64,000 bases of DNA, from the NCBI GenBank assembly GCA_044228285.1, contig JBGAVD010000002.1, forward strand, positions 474,807 to 538,806, given 5' to 3'. Of the stretch, positions 55,532 to 64,000 are shown piece after piece. A model generated the notes under the pieces. That model saw only the letters and a program-made list of their open reading frames with translations. It had not been told where the DNA came from and ran no database searches. Positions within the stretch are counted from its first letter, which is position 1. Each line of letters opens with the position of its first letter. The stretch comes from Chlorobiota bacterium. Its GTDB lineage: Bacteria > Bacteroidota > Ignavibacteria > Kapaibacteriales > NICIL-2. A program made the position numbers and the translations under genes.

Positions 55532-58500
55532 CTAGATGTCAGCCAACTCGTCATTTGAAGGTAGAGAACTTGTACACTCTTGCACACGACACAATCGAGA
55601 GAACGAACAGTAGGTGCATGTACTGCTAGCCACAGGCCGAACAGGGAATTGGGCATCGGCGATATTCTGTTGGATCGATCTGGTGCTTTTCACAAGATCC
55701 TGGAGAATCTCGTCACGACTTTCCTCTGCCTTTAACACGCTGCTGGTGCTTATGGCACTGACAAAGCCATCGCGGTCTTTGGTTTTCACCAGATGAGAGT
55801 CTCTCTCGATCAATACGAGTTTAAACGGATCTTCAGTCGGGTCGAAGATGTAGTACACTCCTCCGGCAGGTCTCGCATCGATACCCAGCTGATCGCGCAG
55901 GAGCTGTTCTACAGCGCTCATGTAGAGTGGTAGCTGAAAACTCTGTCGTGCTTTTATCTGGTTGTTGCCACTTACTCCATTTACCGAGCTTTTATAGTCC
56001 GCTACAATAAACTCATACTGTCCATCTTCTGTGCTTCGAAGTTCTATTCTATCAACCTTGCCCTTCAATAGGACCTCTCCTAAATGTATGGGCTCAGAAC
56101 TTCGATCCCGTGCTTTCATCCCGAAGCCTTGTTCAAAAAGTAAAGGCTTGAATTGCCAACGATCTACACGTGCGAGCTCGGCATCGAGCCATCGTTCGAG
56201 AAGTCCCTCTTTATCTCGATTCAAACCTAGAATCTCGTCTTCACTCAGCTGGAAAAAGGGGTGATTGAAATGCAACTTTGCCAGCTCCTCTTCTGCGATC
56301 TCAAGAAGGAGAGCTTTATACTGCGTTCTCTGAGTTGGGTCCAAATCGACCATCACTGCGCGAAATCCTGGTTCGTCAAGGGATTGAAAAACGGTCGAGG
56401 AGCTTCTGTCGCGCTGCTTCGTGGCTATCTCCGTGTAAAAACGATAGACAATGAAGTGCAAGAGGTTGCCCTTCTCTAGCGGACTTAACATGGTGCTTTC
56501 GCGTTCGGCTGAGGAAAGTCCGAGCACCTTGCTCGCGAAATACTGGTACGGACATGCCGCAAAACGCTCAATATCAGTCGCTGAGATTGCTCTCTGCAGC
56601 ACTTGCTCGAGTCGGTCCAGCTCCTTCGTTGCCAGATGCTCCCGAATACTATTGTCGGAAGCATGCTGCGCACTGTATTCTCGAACGATCTGTTGCACGT
56701 ACTCCACATTCTCCATCAGATTCTGCGCGCGGAAGAACTCAAGGATTGCACTCTGCTGTTCCACAGCTTGCCACGCCTCGTTAACCGAGCTAATGGCATC
56801 TATCCATGGAGCACACCAGGCGATTCCAGTGGGATCGGCGCTAAGGCTTTCGAATTCGGTTGCGTCTTTATTGCGACGAGATACGAACGATTGTTCTGGA
56901 CTTGAATCCGACAATTCTGAACTGGCTGCGGAGCTATCCTGTCTGAAGCCGCTGCGCAGGGCTTTGCGGATTGAAGTAGTGTTCAGGTGTACCGGATCCA
57001 AACCATAGAGCTTGACGACCTCTTTAAGAAAAGGAGAGGGCAGACAATCTTCGCCGTCTGACTTCTGACGTGGGTAGCTGAAAAGGATCTGACCACGACC
57101 TTCACACAAGGCTCGCAACGGGTTTACGAGCGCGTGATAAAAGCTCATTCGCTCCGCGCGAATATGGCGCAACTCTGAGTCTGGGAGTTCTTTTCCAAGA
57201 AAGTACTCAGGACTATACGCCAAGGGAAACTCCAAATCCACCATACCGCAAAGTATCACAACTCGATAGGGAATACCCCGGGTTTGTTCGATACTAGTAA
57301 CGGTGAGACCGTAGTTTCCCTTCTCACGAATCTGCACTTTGGCTGCTCTTACTGAGGCTACCAACATCTCTACATAGTCCCGGAAACGAAGCGATGCTTG
57401 CTTGCGTTCGCGAAGAATAAACTCTAACTCGTCGAGTAAGGATAGCAAAGTGCCCAAGGCACGGGTGTTTTGCTCCACTTGCTCACGTCTACGGATAAGC
57501 TCAGACTCATCTGCTTGCAAATGATAGACTTCCAGCGCATCACGGTTGAGCAAATCCTCAATGCGCAGTTTCTCAAGAAAGGTCTCAAGGAACAAACGAT
57601 GGAACTCAGTAGGGCTGCATCGCAGATCTCGATGAGGGAAATTTGTGGCGAAAAAGTCGACATCAGAACGCAGAAGTTTATAGTCTTCAAGGTCTTGCAG
57701 CTTGTTCTTGCGCACAACCTCCTCAGCGCCTGACTTCTCAAGAAACTCCACTTGACGCACCGCACCTTGAATCGCAAGGTCGAGACTGTGTTTCCAGCCT
57801 TCCAGTCCTCCAGATCGAGGTCCCCCCTGAATGCGCAATGAGTTTGTTACGCGTTCTAAGCGATCGACGTCAACGCGGGTGGCACGACCGTCAATAGAAA
57901 CAAAGGGACTGCTAAGGGCGCGTATCATGTCGTCGCGGCGATAGTCCCCGCGCACAACGTCTACCATGGCGAATATCGCAGCAATAACCGGAGCAGTTGC
58001 CAGCGATGCGCGGTCACTTAAGTTGATAGGGATACCATGCGCTTCGAAGACTTCGCGCACTAGCGGCGCATAGTTCTGTGGCTGCCGAAGCACGAGTGCA
58101 ATGTCGTGCAAGGCGATGTGCTGATTTTGCACACAATACTTGACAAATCGAGCAATGCTTGCAAGCTCATCTTGCTTGTTCTCGCAATTCAGGATGTGTA
58201 TCTGATCTCTAGCCAATCCTGAGGAACGTAGATTCAGGTCTTGAGAAGTAGATGCAAGCTTGGAGTCGGTTTGGACGGCTGAATGAACATTAGATGTTAT
58301 GCGCAAATCAGAAGAGGTCTCACTTACTCGGGTGGTAGATGGTGCTTGAGCAAATAGATGCTTTTGCAAGTAGTTGCGCTCGGTATCAAACAAGGTTGAC
58401 TCTTGAGAATCCGATTCGACTTGATGTCCGATAAAGCCCGCATTTTCCAAAGTAGCTCTCGCTTCAATGACATTTCCGAACAGAGCACTATTCTGCGGCT

Positions 58501-59359
58501 CATAGTTCAAAGTCAGGAGTACGGCGGTTGAAGAGTGGGAATAACAAGCAAGGACTTCTAACTCGGGCTGAGTGAACTCAGAAAAGCCATCAAGAACGAT
58601 ACATCGCACAGTGGGATTCTCGAATGAGGCGGCTGTGTTGTCTGAACTCGAGGCAAGGTTCCTATCATTAGGATTCGACCCAGTTCCGACTTGGAACGGT
58701 CTCTCCGAACGATGCACTTTCTGCAGATCCAGAATCAGCAGCTTCGTTAAGGAGGGCATGTCTACGACCTCCTCACCAAGCAGCTCCTCATATGCTCGGA
58801 AAAGCTGCCAAACATCGTGAAGACGGGCATAGTGAAACAGACTCTCATCAGAATTTCCGTCGCGATGCGCTTTTAGATCTTCTTCTAAATCGCTTGCTTC
58901 CAAGCCTTTGCGCTTCAGACCATATACAATATCCGCTAAGCGTTGAGCAACAGCCAGTGTGATGGCGGAGCCATCACGCGAATAAAAAATCAATCGCTGC
59001 TCATCAACACAGCGCTGCAATGCTTCGCGGAAAAGTGCAAAGCGGAAAGCGTCGCTCATCAGTCTGGGTTGAGGCTTCTTGTGGAGTTGTTGAAACTCCT
59101 CGCGTAAAAAAGCATCAAGAGTGCAGAGTTGCAGAGCAGGTGTAGGTTTGCGAAAGTCCTTCCAGATTGTCCGAATACAGTCCTTGCGTAAGTGTCGCAC
59201 TGCTCGGCCAGTCGGGACGATACAACGTAAAGACGACAGCTCTGCCTGCGCGTAAAAGTCACAAAAGAGGGCTGGAATATCCAGATTGGAATTCCGAATG
59301 TGCCGACCGATGCGCTTAAGCTGAGCAGCACAAGCTTGATTGTAGAGCAAGTACACCAT
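55532..59359 (-). CDS. AddB-like helicase-nuclease subunit (PD-(D/E)XK nuclease with Fe-S cluster; degenerate helicase N-terminus)
   Basis: 1275 aa. The C-terminal nuclease has GKVDRIE...IVADYKSS (D...D/ExK) and four Cys in AddB spacing (FAACPYQYF ... CTYCSFSRLC). The N-terminus lacks a Walker A motif (IVPTGRAVRHL), as in Bacteroidota-type AddB. Confidence 0.75.
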   Translation of the reverse strand: MVYLLYNQACAAQLKRIGRHIRNSNLDIPALFCDFYAQAELSSLRCIVPTGRAVRHLRKDCIRTIWKDFRKPTPALQLCTLDAFLREEFQQLHKKPQPRLMSDAFRFALFREALQRCVDEQRLIFYSRDGSAITLAVAQRLADIVYGLKRKGLEASDLEEDLKAHRDGNSDESLFHYARLHDVWQLFRAYEELLGEEVVDMPSLTKLLILDLQKVHRSERPFQVGTGSNPNDRNLASSSDNTAASFENPTVRCIVLDGFSEFTQPELEVLACYSHSSTAVLLTLNYEPQNSALFGNVIEARATLENAGFIGHQVESDSQESTLFDTERNYLQKHLFAQAPSTTRVSETSSDLRITSNVHSAVQTDSKLASTSQDLNLRSSGLARDQIHILNCENKQDELASIARFVKYCVQNQHIALHDIALVLRQPQNYAPLVREVFEAHGIPINLSDRASLATAPVIAAIFAMVDVVRGDYRRDDMIRALSSPFVSIDGRATRVDVDRLERVTNSLRIQGGPRSGGLEGWKHSLDLAIQGAVRQVEFLEKSGAEEVVRKNKLQDLEDYKLLRSDVDFFATNFPHRDLRCSPTEFHRLFLETFLEKLRIEDLLNRDALEVYHLQADESELIRRREQVEQNTRALGTLLSLLDELEFILRERKQASLRFRDYVEMLVASVRAAKVQIREKGNYGLTVTSIEQTRGIPYRVVILCGMVDLEFPLAYSPEYFLGKELPDSELRHIRAERMSFYHALVNPLRALCEGRGQILFSYPRQKSDGEDCLPSPFLKEVVKLYGLDPVHLNTTSIRKALRSGFRQDSSAASSELSDSSPEQSFVSRRNKDATEFESLSADPTGIAWCAPWIDAISSVNEAWQAVEQQSAILEFFRAQNLMENVEYVQQIVREYSAQHASDNSIREHLATKELDRLEQVLQRAISATDIERFAACPYQYFASKVLGLSSAERESTMLSPLEKGNLLHFIVYRFYTEIATKQRDRSSSTVFQSLDEPGFRAVMVDLDPTQRTQYKALLLEIAEEELAKLHFNHPFFQLSEDEILGLNRDKEGLLERWLDAELARVDRWQFKPLLFEQGFGMKARDRSSEPIHLGEVLLKGKVDRIELRSTEDGQYEFIVADYKSSVNGVSGNNQIKARQSFQLPLYMSAVEQLLRDQLGIDARPAGGVYYIFDPTEDPFKLVLIERDSHLVKTKDRDGFVSAISTSSVLKAEESRDEILQDLVKSTRSIQQNIADAQFPVRPVASSTCTYCSFSRLCRVQECTSSLPSNDELADI

Positions 59360-59703
59360 GACTGATTTGATGAGTAGAGCTTCGAAACAAAACGAGAGTT
59401 GAAGTCGGTACGACCTAGCCTACGCAATGCTGTAGGTTGAATCTGACCACAGGAGAACGCAGATACAACGAGCACGAGCATAGGTGGACGCGGACTTTAA
59501 AAAAAACGTTATTGAGACTGCTTCTTTGTGAGTAATATAGTGAATCACACGTCGCAATTTGTCGGGACAAAGATCGCATGTATGCCCAACTGTCGCACAC
59601 CTAGTTCTACGACCTGAGCGTGAACTGTTGCATCATGTTGAGCAGAACCTGACGAGCTAGTCGCGACCACGGGTGAACTTTTCATACACCATAGAGGATC
59701 TCC

Positions 59704-60300
59704 ATGTTTAGCGGTCTGATAGAAGAAGTTGGCGAAGTGCTTAGAATGCAGGCTTTAGGGGATGGTTTTGAGTTTGCTATTTCAGCGCATACGATTTTAG
59801 ATGACTGCAGTATTGACGATTCGATTGCAGTACAGGGGGTGTGTTTAACCGTGATAGCTCATGATGCCAAGACCTTTCGAGTACAGGCTGTGGAGCAAAC
59901 GCTAAAGAAGACAAGTTTGGGCACGTTGAAACAGGGAAGTCGAGTGAATTTGGAGCGGGCATTGCTCCCAACTACTCGACTGGGTGGACACTTCGTACAA
60001 GGTCATGTGGATTGTGTTGGAACTCTCGCAAGCATACGAGAACTGAGCACGAGTCACGAGCTGCTTTTTCACTTCGACCCACAATTCCAGGAACTTGTGG
60101 TCAGTACAGGAAGTATTTGTGTCAATGGAATAAGTCTGACGCTGGCAGAGGTTCATGAGGGCAGCTTCTTGGTAGCGATCATACCACACACCTGGTCGCA
60201 CACTACCATTTCTGATCTGCGTATTGGGGACCATGTGAATTTGGAGTTTGACATATTGGGTAAGTATGTGGCTGCAGCTTTGAAACGACAAAAGAGCTAG
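59704..60300 (+). CDS. ribE: Riboflavin synthase
   Basis: MFSGLIEEVGEV, two lumazine-binding repeats (GDSIAVQGVCLTV / GSICVNGISLTL) and GGHFVQGHVDCVG. Confidence 0.92.
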   Translation: MFSGLIEEVGEVLRMQALGDGFEFAISAHTILDDCSIDDSIAVQGVCLTVIAHDAKTFRVQAVEQTLKKTSLGTLKQGSRVNLERALLPTTRLGGHFVQGHVDCVGTLASIRELSTSHELLFHFDPQFQELVVSTGSICVNGISLTLAEVHEGSFLVAIIPHTWSHTTISDLRIGDHVNLEFDILGKYVAAALKRQKS

Positions 60301-60620
60301 ACTCAAATCTCTCAACACTTTGTAGCGTTTGAATCTAGTTTGGAACTGTTATGTACCTCGTTGGAAGAGCCACTAATGGAGGTAGGGTCTGTGTTGAGAC
60401 ATTCGCTGTGCTTAGTTTTCTTTAGACAGGTGTTGAGCCTCCGTTGCGAGTGAGGACAAACAGTTATTTTGACAAAAGACTCTGAATGTAGGTTTCGACC
60501 AAAGGTCTTATTCGACAGCAAGCTGATGAGATTGAGACTGGACTTTGGTGGACTGAGTTCGAGATTTCACGACGAGAGAGCTATCAGGGAGGATGCTTTT
60601 TTGGGGAACAAAGCCGTTTT

Positions 60621-63600
60621 ATGAGAATACGATCCTTGATGGGCTATTTGTTTGTTTTGTCCTTTTGCTTCGTCTGCTTCGGCGCCTACGAAGTAGCTCA
60701 TGCGCAGTCTGCGGCGCACGAGAAGACGCTTCTCTGGCGCGTCCACAAAGCTGAACAAGCGCACGATTCTTATCTCTACGGTACCATGCATGTACGAGAC
60801 GAGCGTGCCTTTGAGTTTGCTGATTCTGTACTTCCTGCCTTATCTCGCTGCCACTTTTTTGCCCTTGAGCAGCGGATAGATACACTGCTCGCATCTTTGA
60901 TGACGCAAATCATGGATACTTCTGCGGGCATACGTCTCAAGGATATCGTTCAAGGACCGCAGCTCGATTCGCTATGCAAGATATTCTCTAATATCAGTTC
61001 CATCCCCGAGTCAAAGATACCAAACCTCAGATGCAGCTTGTTATCGCAGATACTTGAGTCTGAAACACATGTTGGGAATAACGATCGACCTACGCTTCTT
61101 GACGCCTATCTCTTGGGATTGGCGCGATCGCTTCGCAAAGAGCTTATGGCATTGGAGGGTAGTGCGGACAATTTGCTCATGCTTGATAAGGTTGGCGCGA
61201 TTGTCATTCGTACTGCTCTCGAATCGGGTGCTTTAGTTTTACCTATCGTAGACCCAGATAAAGAAAAAGCCTTTACAGTGTACTTTGATCAGAACATAGA
61301 TTCTATTGCGACGCTGTTTGCGACATCTATGACGAACCATAACGGTTTGGCAGACACTCTCATGTATCAACGTAACATCGTGATGGCGAAGAGTTTTGAT
61401 TCTCTCCATCAAGTTGCTTCGCTTTTCGCCGCCATTGGGGCAGGGCACCTAGGGGGACCGAGTGGTATCATCGATCTACTTCGAGCTAAGGGTTACACTG
61501 TAGAAGCGGTATTGCCAACCTATACCGGCGTGCGACACCAATTTGATAGCGTTGATCTAAGCGCACATGCCACGTGGTATGACTATCGATCGGTGAATAG
61601 AGGCTTTTCCATCCGAATGCCTGCTCAGATCATGGACTTACCTCAGTACAAAGAACTTGACCCAACTGGAACCATTGAAGCGCCACAGTGTTTGGATGTC
61701 ATCACCGGCTTACGTTTCCAAGTGATTGCCCAACCAAGCAATGGTATGACCACGGAGGTCGCTCATAAGCAGTTTGCTGATGCAATGGCGCGCAAGATTT
61801 ACACAAATCCAATTGAAAAGCAGCCTCGCACAGAAGCCCCATACTTGCAACGCTATCAAGGACGTCAATGCTACGACTATTTCGGTTCTGTTGAGTCCCA
61901 AACTCTTCTGCGCATACGAATTGTCTTCACAGACAGGAACATCTACACTTTAATGGCATATGGTAGTAAGGAGAACATCAACAATTCCTCAGTGAGTGGC
62001 TTCTTGAATTCTCTTGAGTTTCAAGCCTTGAAAAAACAAGAGTGGGCAGCTGTGCACGATAGTGTTCATGGAGTTGAGTGCGAGATGATAGGTCGTGCGC
62101 AGGTAGTACGTGATACTGTCAGCGACGCCACTCCAGTCTACTATTATAGCGAAGATGTATCCAATGGAAACATCTGTTTTTATCAAAACTCGTTCTTGTC
62201 AGACCCCACAGCTGGCTCTAGTCTCGAAGAGCTTGTGAAGGGGCAACTCCGCGGAAACAACAGCGAAGCTGAGCTTCGTGAACTAAGATTCGAGAACAGT
62301 CCCAATACAGATGTGTGTGCATACTATTCTCTCGATGCTGACTCATCAGGGCGACAGCACAGCGGTCGGATCTATATTCGTCGACGCCATGTCTATCGAT
62401 TCGACTTCATCAGCACCACAGCAAGCTACAATTCTGAGGATTGTTCACGATTCCTTGGCTCAGTGCGTTTTCTTCCCAAGCGGGACACTGCAATTTGGCG
62501 CGAGTACTACGACGACAGTACTCACATGACTCTCAGCTTTCCGGCGGAGCCAAAGAAAAGGGCTCTCAGTCTACCTGAGCTTCCACAGTTTCGTGCAGCT
62601 TTTTCATGGATAGCTTCGAACGACACCGCCTCGATGCGCTGTGGAATCATTCGTTACGAGTTTTCACCTTACATGTATACGTCTAACCTGGACTTATTGA
62701 TACAATCACTTGTCTCAACTTTTCGATTTGACGGTGATACATTGTCAGGCCTCGAACGCAACGAAGTAGACAACACAACCATTGTCGACTTCAGCATTCG
62801 GCGCAAGCGCTGTGATCTTTCTACACGTTATCGCTTTATTCTTCGGGGCAACATGATGCATTTGGCTTTTGCGTACCTGCACCAAGCCAACAAGAGGAGT
62901 GTTGATGTGGACAATTTCTTTCGTTCAATTGTCTTAGCTCCGTCTAACGGCTTCAACATATCCACGCCCAAAATCCAAAACTGGTATAGCGATTTTCGAT
63001 CTGCTCGAGGAGACAGAGCAGACAGCCTTCGCAAGGTTGCCGCTTGGATTAAAGCAGCTGAGAGCGACGTCCCCTTCCTAAAAGCGCAATTGTTGAGTCC
63101 TCAGCTTGCCGAAGACGCTGAGTATGCAAAGTCTGACTGTGGCCGCGGTGTGGATGGACCACTGCGCAGTGTTCTACTCGATAAGTTATCCTATCACGAA
63201 GATTCATTATCAGCAGACTTCGTCTTCAAACTCTTCAAGAGCAGTCAGCGAATTCCAGCCTTTCAATGTGAGATCCTTCGGGTACTATCTGAATCCGGAA
63301 AAGTCGAAATCCAAGCAGCCTTGTTCCAGCTTCTGCGCTCAGACGCGCAGCGTCTGAGCAAACAACCGCATGCTGATTTCAAGTACCTACTTTCTCAAGC
63401 ACGCTTGTCTCCAAAAAACTGTGCGCAGAATGCAAAACTCCTGGTCGAACTCTACCAAGTGCCACTCTTACGCGGGACGGTTATCAGTATCATACAAGAA
63501 CTGTTACGAACGAAGCAAGTCGACTCTACAGTTATTCGCTGGACCGAAGCTGATCTTACGCGCGACTTACATTCGGCAACAAAACGCTTTCTGTCTTCAA

Positions 63601-64000
63601 TGACGAAGCATGCAAAGGGTGGTATGGTGAAGGACCAAGCCTTTGACGACGATTACCAGTCAAGCGAGTTAGCAATGGTGATCTGTATGTGGTTCGAAGG
63701 TCGTGCATTTAGTCCAGCAACGGAGAAAGCTCTTCATGAAGCCATGCGAGGGTTTGCAAGCGAGTTTCTTCCACTCACTCAACAAGCAGCTATCGACCTT
63801 TTGTTGCACGGTAGTGCGGTTCCAGACTCAATTCTTCTTCGACTTGTTGCGGACAAGGAGCTGTCGATTCGTCTGCTCGGAATCATAGATTCCTTGAAGC
63901 TCAAGACGAGCATTCCAAAGGAATACTTTAGACAAGAGCATGTGGCTAAATGCTTGCTTGGCTTCGTCGTGGCAGAAGAGGAAGAAAATGATGTTGATTC
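60621..64000 (+). CDS. Giant TraB/GumN-family protein (N-terminal TraB/GumN domain plus >800-aa uncharacterised extension); the 3' end lies beyond the window
   Basis: Manual translation from the ATG at 60621: MRIRSLMGYLFVLSFCFVCFGAYEVAHAQ (signal), KTLLWRVHKAEQAHDSYLYGTMHV and FAAIGAGHLGGPSGIIDLLRAKGYTV (TraB/GumN motifs). My hand translation of this frame met no stop up to 64000. The ORF is absent from the ORF track because it is edge-truncated. Confidence 0.75.
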   Translation, partial: MRIRSLMGYLFVLSFCFVCFGAYEVAHAQSAAHEKTLLWRVHKAEQAHDSYLYGTMHVRDERAFEFADSVLPALSRCHFFALEQRIDTLLASLMTQIMDTSAGIRLKDIVQGPQLDSLCKIFSNISSIPESKIPNLRCSLLSQILESETHVGNNDRPTLLDAYLLGLARSLRKELMALEGSADNLLMLDKVGAIVIRTALESGALVLPIVDPDKEKAFTVYFDQNIDSIATLFATSMTNHNGLADTLMYQRNIVMAKSFDSLHQVASLFAAIGAGHLGGPSGIIDLLRAKGYTVEAVLPTYTGVRHQFDSVDLSAHATWYDYRSVNRGFSIRMPAQIMDLPQYKELDPTGTIEAPQCLDVITGLRFQVIAQPSNGMTTEVAHKQFADAMARKIYTNPIEKQPRTEAPYLQRYQGRQCYDYFGSVESQTLLRIRIVFTDRNIYTLMAYGSKENINNSSVSGFLNSLEFQALKKQEWAAVHDSVHGVECEMIGRAQVVRDTVSDATPVYYYSEDVSNGNICFYQNSFLSDPTAGSSLEELVKGQLRGNNSEAELRELRFENSPNTDVCAYYSLDADSSGRQHSGRIYIRRRHVYRFDFISTTASYNSEDCSRFLGSVRFLPKRDTAIWREYYDDSTHMTLSFPAEPKKRALSLPELPQFRAAFSWIASNDTASMRCGIIRYEFSPYMYTSNLDLLIQSLVSTFRFDGDTLSGLERNEVDNTTIVDFSIRRKRCDLSTRYRFILRGNMMHLAFAYLHQANKRSVDVDNFFRSIVLAPSNGFNISTPKIQNWYSDFRSARGDRADSLRKVAAWIKAAESDVPFLKAQLLSPQLAEDAEYAKSDCGRGVDGPLRSVLLDKLSYHEDSLSADFVFKLFKSSQRIPAFQCEILRVLSESGKVEIQAALFQLLRSDAQRLSKQPHADFKYLLSQARLSPKNCAQNAKLLVELYQVPLLRGTVISIIQELLRTKQVDSTVIRWTEADLTRDLHSATKRFLSSMTKHAKGGMVKDQAFDDDYQSSELAMVICMWFEGRAFSPATEKALHEAMRGFASEFLPLTQQAAIDLLLHGSAVPDSILLRLVADKELSIRLLGIIDSLKLKTSIPKEYFRQEHVAKCLLGFVVAEEEENDVD

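Noticed and set aside
56451-57008. 185-aa plus-strand ORF and other antisense ORFs inside the AddB-like, mfd, hflX and giant-protein genes
   Set aside because: They are fully embedded antisense to long CDSs with strong motif support and have Ser/Arg/Cys-rich, low-information translations typical of antisense frames.
59360-59703. Possible FMN (RFN) riboswitch upstream of ribE
   Set aside because: None of the conserved RFN segments are present (e.g. GGGGCGGGGUGAAAUUCCC..., GGUGAAAUUCCAAAGCCGACAGU). Only a small unrelated hairpin (cctac...gtagg) is there.

Overview
About 64 kb of chromosomal DNA, roughly 47-50% GC by eye. All protein calls come from reading motifs in the supplied translations; no database search was run. 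The gene content points to a flagellated member of the FCB superphylum, possibly the Ignavibacteria/Kapabacteria/Rhodothermota-Balneolota type, but this is inference only. Two giant secreted proteins carry type IX secretion (T9SS) C-terminal sorting domains. Bacteroidota-typical DUF families (DUF4197, DUF5683, DUF3078-like) sit alongside a fliL-fliM-fliN mini-cluster. Most of the window is housekeeping: lgt, waaA, enoyl-CoA hydratase, quinone oxidoreductase, menA, ridA, mfd, hflX, rsmA, asd, hutI, ruvC, nuoJ/nuoK, an AddB-like nuclease and ribE. I found no rRNA, tRNA, CRISPR array, transposase, integrase or recognisable defence gene. Two CDSs are cut by the window edges and are missing from the ORF track: an LTD-like secreted protein at 1-630 (-) and a giant TraB/GumN-family protein at 60621-64000 (+). 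The most unusual content is non-coding. Two convergent intergenic gaps (17.8-19.1 kb and 49.2-51.3 kb) are filled entirely with structured repeats. The second gap holds about 19 GTAG-headed 22-bp palindromes in alternating orientation, arranged in 194-bp higher-order tandem units (REP/BIME-like), followed by a 15-bp x21 array. The first gap holds hairpin-bearing 179-bp units that run into a 21-bp x24 array with a clear identity gradient. The left 11.7 kb is gene-poor, all on the minus strand, and carries orphan genes, including a tightly packed three-ORF cassette of unknown function. I cannot point to a clear novel protein-encoded system. The repeat fields and the orphan cassette are the best candidates for follow-up.
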